A stretch of DNA of 64,000 bases from Thermodesulfobacteriota bacterium (GTDB taxonomy: Bacteria > Desulfobacterota_D > UBA1144 > Nemesobacterales > Nemesobacteraceae), in NCBI GenBank assembly GCA_965249045.1, contig OZ252213.1:9329-73328 (forward strand), given 5' to 3'. Within the stretch, counting starts at the first letter, position 1; every line of letters starts with the position of its first letter. Below the pieces are notes generated by a model that was not told the DNA's origin, searched no databases, and was given only the letters and a program-made list of their open reading frames with translations. The translations under genes and the position numbers were made by a program. This document shows positions 39,696-49,582 of this stretch, piece after piece.

Positions 39696-40988
39696 CTAGG
39701 TTCCCAGCAGCTTCTGGGCTTCCTCCTCCGATTTCTCAAAATAAAACTTGGGATCGCTTTCCTCGGATATAACGCTCTCGTCAATGACGCAGCGTACCAC
39801 TCCTTCGAGTGAAGGCACCTCGTAGAAAACTTCAAGCATGATCGCTTCTATGATGGCCCGAAGCCCCCTGGCCCCGGTATTTCTCGAGACGGCTTCCCTG
39901 GCAATGGCTTTTCTCGCGCCTTCGGTTATTTCCAGCTGTACCTTCTCGATTTCCATCATCTTCTCAAACTGTTTTACGATTGCGTTTTTGGGCTTGGTCA
40001 GAATCTCGACCAGCTGCTCTTCGGTAAGTTCGCTCAGACTGGCGATAATCGGGATTCTCCCGACGAATTCAGGAATCAGTCCGAACTGAACAAGATCCTC
40101 AGGCCGAACCTTGCTGAGAAAGTTGCTTTCGTCCTCCGCAGTCGTGTTTGACAATTTCGCCCCGAAACCGATGGACTTCTCCCCGATTCTCGCGCGGACA
40201 ATATCCTCAAGGCCGCAGAAAGCGCCGCCGCATATGAAGAGTATGTTCGTAGTGTCCACCTGGGTAAATTCCTGCTGTGGATGCTTTCTTCCCCCTTTGG
40301 GAGGAACGTTAGCAAGAGTCCCCTCCATTATCTTGAGCAATGCCTGCTGCACACCCTCCCCCGAGACATCCCTTGTGATTGAGGGACTGTCGCTTGATTT
40401 GCGGGTGAGCTTGTCTATTTCATCTATATAGATAATGCCTCCCCGGGAAGCTTTTTCGACATCGTAGTTTGCCGCCTGAAGCAGGCTTACGATCATGTTT
40501 TCGACATCCTCACCCACATAGCCGGCTTCTGTATAGCATGTAGCGTCCACTATGGTGAAAGGAACATCGAGAATCTTGGCTAGGGTCTGCGCGAGCAGAG
40601 TTTTCCCCGAACCCGTGGGTCCTATAAGAAGTATGTTGCTTTTCTCCACCTCTACTTTGTCGCTTCTTCTTCTGCCGGAATCGTTAAACTGCATCCGCTT
40701 GTAGTGATTGTAGACGGCGACGGAGAGCACTTTCTTAGGGTTTTCCTGACCTATTATGTATCCGTCGAGGAAGGATTTCATCTGCTGGGGAGTCGGAAAG
40801 GTTTTTTTCGGTTTCAGAAAAGCGCTGTCCTTGGTCTTTTCTTCCGCTATGATCTGGTTGCAGAGATCTATGCACTCATCGCAGATATAGACGCCGTGGC
40901 CAGCTATGAGCTTGTTAATCTCTTCCTGATTCTTCCCGCAGAAAGAACAGTAGTGCTTCGATTCTTCTTTGCTTTTTTTGGGACTCAT
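39696..40988 (-). CDS. clpX: ATP-dependent Clp protease ATP-binding subunit ClpX
   Basis: Zinc finger CSFCGK...CDEC. Walker [13 protein letters not shown]. Confidence 0.95.
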   Translation of the reverse strand: MSPKKSKEESKHYCSFCGKNQEEINKLIAGHGVYICDECIDLCNQIIAEEKTKDSAFLKPKKTFPTPQQMKSFLDGYIIGQENPKKVLSVAVYNHYKRMQFNDSGRRRSDKVEVEKSNILLIGPTGSGKTLLAQTLAKILDVPFTIVDATCYTEAGYVGEDVENMIVSLLQAANYDVEKASRGGIIYIDEIDKLTRKSSDSPSITRDVSGEGVQQALLKIMEGTLANVPPKGGRKHPQQEFTQVDTTNILFICGGAFCGLEDIVRARIGEKSIGFGAKLSNTTAEDESNFLSKVRPEDLVQFGLIPEFVGRIPIIASLSELTEEQLVEILTKPKNAIVKQFEKMMEIEKVQLEITEGARKAIAREAVSRNTGARGLRAIIEAIMLEVFYEVPSLEGVVRCVIDESVISEESDPKFYFEKSEEEAQKLLGT

Positions 40989-41587
40989 CCGGTTGCCTCC
41001 TCCCTTTCGGTAATTATGGCATCCACTATACCGTAATCAATGGAATCCTGAGCGGTCATGAAGAAGTCTCTGTCGGTATCGCTTACTATCTTCTCAAGAG
41101 TCTGTCCGGTGTGCTTCTCAAGTATGGAGTTTAGCTGCTTTTTCACCCTGACAATCTCTTTTGCGTGTATTTCTATATCGCTTGCCTGCCCCTGAACACC
41201 TCCGAGCACCTGATGAATCATTACCCTTGAGTGAGGAAGCGCGTATCTTTTGCCCGCCGCGCCGCTTGCCAGAAGAACCGCGGCCATGCTGACCGCCTGC
41301 CCGATGCATATGGTCGATACTTCGGGCTTTACGTACTGTATGGTGTCGTAGATGGCAAGACCCGAGGTAACATGCCCTCCGGGGGAATTTATGTAGAGGT
41401 AAATAGGCGTTTCGGGGCTCTCGGATTCAAGAAAAAGAAGCTGCGCGATAACGACGTTAGCTACCGCATCGGTTATATCGGAACCTATGAAGACGATCCT
41501 GTCCTTAAGGAGCCTGGAAAAAATATCATAGCCCTGATCGCCCCTGCTTGTACGCTCAATAACGTAAGGTATGAAATCGGTTATCAT
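40985..41587 (-). CDS. clpP: ATP-dependent Clp protease proteolytic subunit
   Basis: Ser-His-Asp triad context (GQAVSMAA..., MIHQ). Confidence 0.95.
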   Translation of the reverse strand: MITDFIPYVIERTSRGDQGYDIFSRLLKDRIVFIGSDITDAVANVVIAQLLFLESESPETPIYLYINSPGGHVTSGLAIYDTIQYVKPEVSTICIGQAVSMAAVLLASGAAGKRYALPHSRVMIHQVLGGVQGQASDIEIHAKEIVRVKKQLNSILEKHTGQTLEKIVSDTDRDFFMTAQDSIDYGIVDAIITEREEATG

Positions 41588-41610
41588 TAGACCGATTATA
41601 ACTAAGCGGG

Positions 41611-42930
41611 TTATTCCTTGTCAATCCGCGCGGACTCGCCTTCCACTTCCTCAACCTGGGCCCGCTCCAGGAGAAGATCCAAAACGCCTTGTGTTTTAAT
41701 CTGGGATTCAAGATGCTCCATCGTCCCCGGCTGCTCGTAAGCCTTGTGCACCTGGTCGGGGGGAAGATTGTATGAAGCGGCGAGGCGGTCTATATGCTCG
41801 TTTAGCTGCTGACGGGTGACTCTTACGTTTTCCTTCTGTGCAATGCGGCTGAGAATTATCGAGGTTCTAACGCTTTCAGCGGCCTTCTCGGTGAATTTCG
41901 GCGCCAGGTCCTCTCCGATCTCAGGCTCCGGAACTCCGCCTCTCTGCATATCGGAGACAAATCTCGCCTCCAGGTTCTCCTGCTCCTTTTCAAGCAGCGA
42001 CGGTGGGACGTCGAACTGGTTTTTCGAGAGAAGGTCGTCGACTATCTGCTCCCTCATGGAAGAGAGCTGCTCGTTTTCGTGAAGGTGCTCAAGCTGCTCC
42101 TTTATGGCTTCTCGTAATTCAGAGATGCTCTCGACATCAAAATCCTTCGCGAAATCATCATTAGGCTCAGGCAGAATCCTGTCGTGAATCTCATTTACCT
42201 TAATGGTAAAACTGACCGTTTTTCCGGCGGCCTCGGATAGCGGAAAATCTTCCGGATAGGACACCGAGAATTCCGCCTCCTCGCCCGTTTTCTTCCCCAG
42301 CAGGTTCTCCTCGAACTCGGGAGAGAACTGCTCTTCGCCCAGTAAAAATCTGACGTTCTGCCTGTTAAGATCGTCTATGGTCTCCCCGTCTTCAAACGTG
42401 CCGCTGTAGTCGACAAAAACGTAATCGCCTTCTTTGGCCGGATGGTCCTCCTCGATAAGTCTTGACTGCGCTGCCCTTTCCCTGAGTTTCTGTATTTCGG
42501 CGTCTATATCTTCCTCGGTTACCTGGCGAACGGTTTTTTTTACGGGAATCGAGACGTAATAGGAAAGCTCAAAATCGGGGATCACTTCGAATTCAGCCGA
42601 ATAGGTGAACTCCTCTCCGATTTTGACCTCATCCATATCCGTAATGTCGGGGCGCGTCACCGGCAAAAGCGAACGGTCCGCGAGTGCTTCGGACAAGGTC
42701 TCCGAGACAAGATTGGACGCGGTTTCCTGATCAACTTCCTTTCCGTACATGGACTCAACCACGTGGCGGGGAACCTTCCCCTTTCGAAATCCCTTGACGC
42801 TGACTCCCCCCATCACATCGCGGAACACTGAGTTTCTTTTTTCCGCGACCTGCTCTGAGGAAAGGGAAACCCTGATTTTCTTTCTGGTGCTGTCAATATC
42901 CTTAATATCTATCTTCATTTCGTCTAACAC
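41611..42930 (-). CDS. tig: Trigger factor
   Basis: N-terminal ribosome-binding motif [12 protein letters not shown]-type PPIase middle domain, C-terminal arm. Confidence 0.9.
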   Translation of the reverse strand: MLDEMKIDIKDIDSTRKKIRVSLSSEQVAEKRNSVFRDVMGGVSVKGFRKGKVPRHVVESMYGKEVDQETASNLVSETLSEALADRSLLPVTRPDITDMDEVKIGEEFTYSAEFEVIPDFELSYYVSIPVKKTVRQVTEEDIDAEIQKLRERAAQSRLIEEDHPAKEGDYVFVDYSGTFEDGETIDDLNRQNVRFLLGEEQFSPEFEENLLGKKTGEEAEFSVSYPEDFPLSEAAGKTVSFTIKVNEIHDRILPEPNDDFAKDFDVESISELREAIKEQLEHLHENEQLSSMREQIVDDLLSKNQFDVPPSLLEKEQENLEARFVSDMQRGGVPEPEIGEDLAPKFTEKAAESVRTSIILSRIAQKENVRVTRQQLNEHIDRLAASYNLPPDQVHKAYEQPGTMEHLESQIKTQGVLDLLLERAQVEEVEGESARIDKE

Positions 42931-42986
42931 CTCTTGGTAAATAATTCAGAGTGAGCAATGCTCTCTCTGAGATGGCAACATCTTTG

Positions 42987-43253
42987 TTACGTATTCTTTG
43001 CTTTTAGGGGGAATTTTTCAGGATTTTCAATTATTTCTTCCGTAACATCAATATCAATATCAGGCCAATAGAAATGACCTGGTGACGGTTCTTCAACATT
43101 GATGATTGATTTCACAGACTGATCCTTAAACCAAGGAAAATCATCATAAGACATAAATAACTCTTTTCCGTGAGCCAGAAGCCATACTCCATGAGCAGAG
43201 ATATTTGTCACCTCAATCGTCGAAATGCTGCTCCCATGCTGCAATAAGCTCAT
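42987..43253 (-). CDS. DUF2442-family small protein
   Basis: ...IEVTNISAHGVWLLAHGKELFMSYDDFPWF... pattern. The start is ambiguous (ATG at 43253 or at 43280) and overlaps the upstream gene. Confidence 0.55.
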   Translation of the reverse strand: MSLLQHGSSISTIEVTNISAHGVWLLAHGKELFMSYDDFPWFKDQSVKSIINVEEPSPGHFYWPDIDIDVTEEIIENPEKFPLKAKNT

Positions 43254-43452
43254 CGTAATGAACCTCCACAAGTAATTCAATTTCCTTGAGTTGATGTATA
43301 GAATAACGATAATTCTTTGCTAACTCAATTTTAGGTTCAAGCCAAAACTTCGCCTCTCCATCGCTGGATACTACATGGACATGCATTCGTTGTTCTTCTC
43401 TTGAGAAAAAGAAGAATCGATACCCTCTTTCTTTAAATACCGTTGGACTCAT
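43213..43452 (-). CDS. DUF4160-family small protein
   Basis: MSPTVFKERGYRFFFFSREEQRMHVHVVSSDGEAKFWLEP matches the DUF4160 N-terminal signature (F.G..F.F...EH.PPH.H). Confidence 0.6.
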   Translation of the reverse strand: MSPTVFKERGYRFFFFSREEQRMHVHVVSSDGEAKFWLEPKIELAKNYRYSIHQLKEIELLVEVHYDELIAAWEQHFDD

Positions 43453-43710
43453 AATTTTAGAGTTTCATCTGATATCTCATTTTCAAAATCGGTTGCGGGG
43501 AAAGAGAATCTAGAAGTAAAGCTTGAAACAGCAGGAATAAACAATACCATGAAAAGACAGCATATACTCCCAACCCGATCTTTTTATATAACGCATTCAT
43601 CTTCTTTAAGTTATAACTAGACTTGATAACTTGACCCGTCCATTTCTAAGCACATGTCTATGCTGAAAATAGCACCCTTTACACTCTACGTTTTGAGTGC
43701 TGTTCGCAGC

Positions 43711-45645
43711 TTACGAATGGTTTTCCCGGTACTCGTAATGCCGTGCGAACAAGAAGAAGGCAAGGACAAGCAGAACACATTGGGGAATCGCGGTTTCATA
43801 AGTGGGATATATCCCGAGAGTACCCATATAAGGAATGAAATCCGCTGAAGTTGAAGAAATAATTCCCGATTCCTGAAGTTCGAGTATTCCCTTGCCAAGC
43901 AGTATGAAGCAGAGTAGATAGAGAAAAACGCTCGCAAAGGAAAAAAAGTATTTAAGAGGGATCCTGAGAGTAAATCTGTACATAAGAAAAGCTATGACGA
44001 ACACGACGGCTACTCCCGCAACAAGCCCATAGATTACGTGAGGCGTGGAGGAACCGGTCTGGTAAAAAAGTGCCTGATAGAAAAGCAGCGTCTCAAAAGC
44101 CTCTCTATAGACGGCCAGAAACGAAACAAAGGCAAGAGTAAGGCCGCTTCTTCGGGTAAGCGCGCCTTCGGTTTTGGAGCGAACGTATTCCTTCCACTTT
44201 TTTACGTCTGCCTTTGAGACAAGCCAGTAGCTCACGTAGAAAAGAACCACGGCTGCCAGAAGGGAAGTCACTCCCTCGACAATTTCCCTCCTCGCTCCCG
44301 AGATATCTATCATGGTCCTGGCCGCTGCCCATGTCGCAAACCCCGCAAGAATGGCCGCTATCCAGCCGTAGTGAACGTATTTGATCATACCGCGATTCCC
44401 GGAGTGGACCAAAGCGGCGATGATGGCAGCCATTATCAACAGGGCCTCAAGGGCTTCTCTCAGTATTATGGAAAAGGAATTAACGAAACTTAGGTATTTG
44501 CCGAGAGACGAACCGCCCATAAGTATGTTCTCCGCCTCGCGCAGATCGCCCTCTATGCTCGCTTTTAGATCTCGCAGTTCGGAGGAATCTCTGTCGGACA
44601 TTACCCATGACCTGAAAAATCCCATTTTCTTCTCAACCTTAAAAACAAGGGAGCTCTTTTTTGAGACCAAAGCAGGTTCAATTTTCTGAAAGCCCCCTAG
44701 ATACCCGTCGAGAGCCTCCCTGAAAGCCTCATCCTTTCTGCCAGCCTCGTAAAGATCGATAGCTTTTTCAAGCTTATCGATGGTATGGGCTATAGCTTCC
44801 GAAGCCCCTCCGGCAATTCCATCCCTCAGGTAAGCGGTTCTCAGGTAAAAAAGAACATGCTGATCACTGCCCCCACCCCCCGCGGTCAAGAGAAGCTCCG
44901 CATTGCTCGCTAGGGCTAGATTTTCAAGCTTTCTCGTATGATCCGAGATGTTCTTGGGGGGGGACCCTGAAGTGCCCCCGCCCGGGGGAATATCCATATA
45001 TCCGAGCGAAAGAACGTAAAACGCCACATCCCATTTCTGTTCTTCGTCAAGCACCTCTTCGAACGATCCCATGGCGGTACCCTCAATCCCGAAAGTCGCA
45101 GTGTTATAAACTTTAAAGGGGGAAAGACCAAAATTTACGTCGGGATCGGTAAAATCCGTGGCAGGAGGGTTAAGATTTTTAGACAGAACCCCATCTCCCC
45201 TTCCGGAGACCCCATGACAGGAGGAACAGTTCTCCGCATAAAGCACCCTTCCGCTTTCGTAATCCGGAATTTTCGCCGGGTAGGGCTTTATGTTATAGGC
45301 AGAAATAATCTGTCCCTTCAGTTCATTGGCAAGACTTTCCACCTCAGAGACAGGGCCCTTGGATACTATAATTGAGTGTAGGAGCGCAAATTTTTCGGAA
45401 AAATCCGCGGTTTCTCTTCCTTTTTGCGGAGTCTTTTCCCACAGTTCAACCGCGGCGGAAGAAAAATCCAGCATTTCCTGATACTCAAATTCGTTTATGA
45501 TCTCCCCATCTTTTACGGCGTTTGAGTAATCTCCCCCTATGTAGTCAACCAGAGAAAGAATCCTGTCTATCTCTCCCGCGTAGGAAAGCCCCGGAAAAAG
45601 AAAGAACATGAGAACAAATATATGGAAGAAGCTTTCTCTAAACAT
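43711..45645 (-). CDS. Cytochrome c - FTR1 iron permease fusion protein
   Basis: Signal peptide. Periplasmic domain with heme-binding CSSCHG. C-terminal 7-TM FTR1 domain with both RExxE motifs (REALEAL, REAFETL). Confidence 0.8.
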   Translation of the reverse strand: MFRESFFHIFVLMFFLFPGLSYAGEIDRILSLVDYIGGDYSNAVKDGEIINEFEYQEMLDFSSAAVELWEKTPQKGRETADFSEKFALLHSIIVSKGPVSEVESLANELKGQIISAYNIKPYPAKIPDYESGRVLYAENCSSCHGVSGRGDGVLSKNLNPPATDFTDPDVNFGLSPFKVYNTATFGIEGTAMGSFEEVLDEEQKWDVAFYVLSLGYMDIPPGGGTSGSPPKNISDHTRKLENLALASNAELLLTAGGGGSDQHVLFYLRTAYLRDGIAGGASEAIAHTIDKLEKAIDLYEAGRKDEAFREALDGYLGGFQKIEPALVSKKSSLVFKVEKKMGFFRSWVMSDRDSSELRDLKASIEGDLREAENILMGGSSLGKYLSFVNSFSIILREALEALLIMAAIIAALVHSGNRGMIKYVHYGWIAAILAGFATWAAARTMIDISGARREIVEGVTSLLAAVVLFYVSYWLVSKADVKKWKEYVRSKTEGALTRRSGLTLAFVSFLAVYREAFETLLFYQALFYQTGSSTPHVIYGLVAGVAVVFVIAFLMYRFTLRIPLKYFFSFASVFLYLLCFILLGKGILELQESGIISSTSADFIPYMGTLGIYPTYETAIPQCVLLVLAFFLFARHYEYRENHS

Positions 45646-45818
45646 AGTTTATGACCGGCTCTCCATCTGGGGATTTGGAAGCGTATTTTCTACCATTCTA
45701 GACCTTCATTGTCAATAATCTTTCGCGGCTATGGTTTCCACCTTTGTTTTTCATCAAAGAGGTGGAAAAAACTGGTGATTATTCGAATTTATCAATACGC
45801 AGATATTTTTTTAAATTC

Positions 45819-45847
45819 TTGACATCATAACTCCACAATGTTATAAA
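45819..45847 (+). promoter_or_regulatory. Strong sigma70-type promoter for the porin/FMN-bind operon
   Basis: TTGACA (45819-45824), 17 nt spacer, TATAAA (45842-45847). Confidence 0.45.
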
Positions 45848-45855
45848 TCTACATC

Positions 45856-45874
45856 CTGGATATAGAATATCCAG
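45856..45874. promoter_or_regulatory. Perfect 19-bp palindrome CTGGATAT-AGA-ATATCCAG (candidate operator)
   Basis: Read directly. Begins 9 nt after the -10 hexamer, about 50 nt before the porin start. Confidence 0.4.
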
Positions 45875-45924
45875 AATATCTGCTGTTTATGCAAGAATAA
45901 ATCCTAAAGGAGGATGTTAAAAGA

Positions 45925-47238
45925 TTGGGTAATAATACGACACGGTGGAAAATGCTTTTTGTATTTTTCCTGATTTTTTCACTCGGGGGAGCGCAGATTT
46001 CTCTCGCGCGCACAACTTCTGAGGAAAGGATAAAAAAGCTTGAGGAACAGATAAAGGTTCTCGCGGACGAAATAGAAGCCATCAAATCCGCTTCGGTAAC
46101 AGAACCTCCAGTCTACGAAACGGAACTCGGGGTGGCCCCGGCGGCTTCAAGGGTCTATAGGGTTGACCAGGGAGTATCTTTCGGAGGATACGGTGAACTG
46201 CTTATAGGCAACGTGAAAGAGGATTCGCACAACACGGTGGATACCCTGAGAGTAATTCTCTACAACGGCTACAAATTCAATGACCACATAGTTTTTAACT
46301 CGGAGATAGAGTTTGAACACGGTACGACGGGAAAAAACAAAGACGAAAAATCGGGGTCAGCATCGGTTGAGTTCGCGTTGCTTGATTTCCTCATCAGCGA
46401 TGAATTTAACTTGAGAGGCGGCCTTCTCTTAGCTCCTTTCGGGGTCATCAGCGAAATTCACGAGCCGACGACATTTTACGGGGTGGGAAGACCTTCGGTT
46501 GAGAGACAGATAATTCCGACTACCTGGAGAGAGGCCGGGGCCGGGGTTCACGGAACGTTTAATCTAGGTAGTGCCGGATCGCTTTCTTACAGGGCCTACG
46601 GAATGTCGAGCTTTGATTCACGGGGATTTCTGGCATCCAATAACAGAAGTCTTCGGGTCAAGGGAAACAGGGCAAGATTCGACGACATAGCTTTTGTGGG
46701 AAGGGTTGAATACGACCCCATTCCGGGAGTAAAGATCGGAGGATCCATGTTTTACGGCAACACGGGGCAGGATGAAAAAGTTGACGGTAAGACAATAGAC
46801 GGTCTTTTCCAGATGTATGAAGTGGATGCGCAGCTTCAGTACGCGGGACTGGACTTAAGGGCCTTGTCCGTGTGGGCCAGCCTTGACGACGCAGAGCTCA
46901 TAAACCAGAACAACGGGCTTGAAGGCAGCGGGTCCGTCGGGGAAAAACAATCTGGCTGGTATGTTCTCGGAGGATACAACATCTTCTCCCTTCTTAACTC
47001 CGGAAACAAGTACATGGAATATCTGGCGCCTTTTGTCCGGTACGAAAAATACGGCACCCAGAAGGAGATTCCAGCCGGGTTTGAGAGAAACCCCGCAAAT
47101 GATAGAACCGAATATACCTTCGGAGTAAATTACAAGCCGATTCCAAACGTGGTCATAAAAGCCGAATATCAGAAGCTTGATAACGACGCGGATGAGGCAA
47201 AGGATCAGTTCAACTTTGGGTTAGGATATGTGTTCTAG
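45925..47238 (+). CDS. Outer-membrane beta-barrel porin with N-terminal coiled coil (phosphate-selective porin O/P-like)
   Basis: Signal peptide, coiled-coil heptads (RIKKLEEQIKVLADEIEAIKS), alternating beta-strand pattern, C-terminal ...FNFGLGYVF. TTG start after AAGGAGG; an ATG at 45952 is the alternative. Confidence 0.55.
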   Translation: MGNNTTRWKMLFVFFLIFSLGGAQISLARTTSEERIKKLEEQIKVLADEIEAIKSASVTEPPVYETELGVAPAASRVYRVDQGVSFGGYGELLIGNVKEDSHNTVDTLRVILYNGYKFNDHIVFNSEIEFEHGTTGKNKDEKSGSASVEFALLDFLISDEFNLRGGLLLAPFGVISEIHEPTTFYGVGRPSVERQIIPTTWREAGAGVHGTFNLGSAGSLSYRAYGMSSFDSRGFLASNNRSLRVKGNRARFDDIAFVGRVEYDPIPGVKIGGSMFYGNTGQDEKVDGKTIDGLFQMYEVDAQLQYAGLDLRALSVWASLDDAELINQNNGLEGSGSVGEKQSGWYVLGGYNIFSLLNSGNKYMEYLAPFVRYEKYGTQKEIPAGFERNPANDRTEYTFGVNYKPIPNVVIKAEYQKLDNDADEAKDQFNFGLGYVF

Positions 47239-47343
47239 GACATAGAACTTAAATCCGCGAAAAACGGGCGCGGGTTTATGCTTCTTTTTTTCTCTCTCTT
47301 CACAAGGGGCAATATTCAGATAGGATGTTGCCCTTATTCCATC

Positions 47344-47895
47344 ATGACTGCAAAAATCCTTGTTTTCATAACGCTTGTGTTTTTTCTCCATGGCGCGGGA
47401 GACTCCTCTGCCAAAGTCCTTCTCACCAAGGGCAAGGCACTTGAGCTTGTTTTCCCGGAAGCCGACGAAATAGAGAAAAGACATGTTTTTCTTACCGAGC
47501 GCCAAGCCAAGAGCATAAGTAAAATGGCCAAGGCCGAGATAGATTCAAGGCTTTATACCTTCTACATAGCAAAGTCCGGCGGGAAGGAAACAGGCTATGC
47601 GGTTATCGATACTCACACGCTTCGAACCCTGACCGAAACCGTAATGTTCGTAATAAATCCCAATGGAACACTTCGCCACGCTGAAATTCTCGCGTTTTTC
47701 GAACCCACAGATTACATGCCGAGCGGAAAGTGGATAAACTTGTTCCCAGGAAAAACCAAACTGGGCAGAATGAAGGTAGGCAAAGGAATCCCCAATATTA
47801 CAGGAGCCACGATAAGCGCCAGATCTTTTTCAAGAGCCATAAGAAGGGTTCTCGCCGTCTACCGGGTTGTGGTTGCCAATACGGCTGATTCGTAA
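47344..47895 (+). CDS. Periplasmic FMN-binding domain protein (ApbE flavinylation substrate)
   Basis: Signal peptide. FMN_bind-like domain with flavinylation motif NITGATIS ([S/T]GAT). Confidence 0.7.
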   Translation: MTAKILVFITLVFFLHGAGDSSAKVLLTKGKALELVFPEADEIEKRHVFLTERQAKSISKMAKAEIDSRLYTFYIAKSGGKETGYAVIDTHTLRTLTETVMFVINPNGTLRHAEILAFFEPTDYMPSGKWINLFPGKTKLGRMKVGKGIPNITGATISARSFSRAIRRVLAVYRVVVANTADS

Positions 47896-47913
47896 TTATC
47901 CGAAGAGGGAAAA

Positions 47914-48411
47914 ATGGAGTTCTTCGTCTCAGGGGACATAAGAAAAAACGACCTGCTGAAACTCGTCGTTCTGTTCACAACACTTTTCTTTCTCTTTTTG
48001 TGGCTAACCAATCTGCTGCTTTTTCTGAAGGTGGGATTCAGCTATGAAAGCGTCGTTGAGTACTACAGGGGCTCCGAGGAGAGTTTCAGGCCTCCGAGAA
48101 GCTACCTGGGGCTGCTTGAAGAAGCCCATTTTCATTTTTTCTCGATGGCCGTTTTGCTGGTAACTCTTAACCACCTTTTTCTTTTTACTAACAGAAGTTC
48201 CGCCGAAAAACTCCTCGTGATAATCGCATCTTACGGCTCGGCCTTTCTAGATATAGCCGGCGGCTGGCTCGTAAGGTATGTAAGCGCCGAATTCGCCTAT
48301 GTTAAAATCGGCTCTTTCGTCGTCCTTCAAATATCTCTTCTTTACCTAATCATCTTTGTAACGGTTTACCTTTACGGAAAAAAACCCGAGTATCCACAGC
48401 CGCCACGATGA
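47914..48411 (+). CDS. Small 4-TM membrane protein with TM histidines
   Basis: Four hydrophobic helices. His in EAHFHFF and LNHLFLF. No family recognised. Confidence 0.45.
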   Translation: MEFFVSGDIRKNDLLKLVVLFTTLFFLFLWLTNLLLFLKVGFSYESVVEYYRGSEESFRPPRSYLGLLEEAHFHFFSMAVLLVTLNHLFLFTNRSSAEKLLVIIASYGSAFLDIAGGWLVRYVSAEFAYVKIGSFVVLQISLLYLIIFVTVYLYGKKPEYPQPPR

Positions 48412-48421
48412 CCCCGGCACA

Positions 48422-49399
48422 CTAGCGGCACACGTAAGACCCGAAGCAGGATTTTTTCTCCCCGTTTTTCCCAATGACCAGAAAACCCTGGGATTTATCC
48501 TTCCGGGCAAGCATCTGTGCGCCACGCGGGCCCAGAACCGAGACTGCTGTCGAAAAAACATCCGCCTCCGTGGCAGTCTTCGAAACGGCAACCACTGAAG
48601 TCAGATCTTCTGCGGGCTGACCTGTCCTAGGGTCAATTATATGAGAGTACCTTTTCCCCGCATGCTCAAAGTAGCGCTCGTAATCCCCTGAAGTCGCGAC
48701 ACCCTTGTTCGCAAGATTAAGCTTCGAGATAATTTCACTTCCACCCCCGGGTCTTCTTACACCTACTTCCCAGAATTTTTTGCCGGCGGGAGAACCCATC
48801 GCGTATATGTTTCCCCCGAAATTTACAAGTCCCTTAGTGATTCCGTTTTCCTTGGCGATCTTTACCATCTCATCGACGGCATAGCCCTTCCCTATGGCGC
48901 CGAAATCGAGTCGGACGCAGTCGCCGTCAAGGAAAATCTGGGATTTCGCCTCATCTACCTTTATTCTCCGAAAACCCGTACACCCAAGCGCGTCGCGAAT
49001 CCGCGATTGCGAAGGCAGCCGTCCCGCTTCGGTCTCAGCCTGCCAGAGTTTAAAAAGACTGCCGATAGTTATGTCAAAAGCTCCGTCGGTTAATTCTGAG
49101 TACCTGATCGAGGTCCGTACGAGACGCAGGAACTCCTCTGGAACGGAAACGGGACGAATTCCCGCGTTTCTGTTCACTTCCGCAAGAACGCTGTCATCCC
49201 TGTAGTTGCTGAAAAGCCGGTCTATCTCTTTGGTCCTCTCCACGCAGGCATCAACAACCCGGTGGAAAAGCTCCTCGCTCGGGGAATAGAGCTTAAGCTC
49301 TATGGTCGAACCCATAGAGTGAAAGGATCTCTCGTAGAGATGCTCCGTGCCGTAGGAGCAGGAACAGAAAAGCAGAACTAAAAGCGCAAGCAGGCGCAT
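48422..49399 (-). CDS. apbE: FAD:protein FMN transferase ApbE (secreted/lipoprotein)
   Basis: ApbE family pattern (...GAIGKGYAVDE..., ...TSGDYERYF...). N-terminal signal/lipoprotein sequence. Confidence 0.85.
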   Translation of the reverse strand: MRLLALLVLLFCSCSYGTEHLYERSFHSMGSTIELKLYSPSEELFHRVVDACVERTKEIDRLFSNYRDDSVLAEVNRNAGIRPVSVPEEFLRLVRTSIRYSELTDGAFDITIGSLFKLWQAETEAGRLPSQSRIRDALGCTGFRRIKVDEAKSQIFLDGDCVRLDFGAIGKGYAVDEMVKIAKENGITKGLVNFGGNIYAMGSPAGKKFWEVGVRRPGGGSEIISKLNLANKGVATSGDYERYFEHAGKRYSHIIDPRTGQPAEDLTSVVAVSKTATEADVFSTAVSVLGPRGAQMLARKDKSQGFLVIGKNGEKKSCFGSYVCR

Positions 49400-49428
49400 G
49401 TCTTCAAAATCACGTAAACCATATTTTC

Positions 49429-49510
49429 TGCGAGAGGAGGGAGTCGAACCCTCACACCCTAAGGTACTAGATCCTAAATCTAGCGCGTCTGCCTATTCCG
49501 CCACTCTCGC
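49429..49510 (-). tRNA. tRNA-Leu (anticodon TAG), CCA not encoded
   Basis: Reverse complement folds as acceptor GCGAGAG/CTCTCGC, anticodon stem CTAGA/TCTAG with loop TTTAGGA, long variable arm, T-loop TTCGACT. Confidence 0.85.
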
Positions 49511-49582
49511 TCTTGACAGTCAAAAATCGGAAAGCGCTCGGAATCACGGTTTCCGGACAGCGTCTTAAAACGCAATATGAAG

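Noticed and set aside
45915-45974. 19-codon uORF starting at the ATG immediately after the GGAGG upstream of the porin gene
   Set aside because: Out of frame with the porin and too short to judge. Noted only because it complicates start-codon choice (TTG 45925 against ATG 45952).
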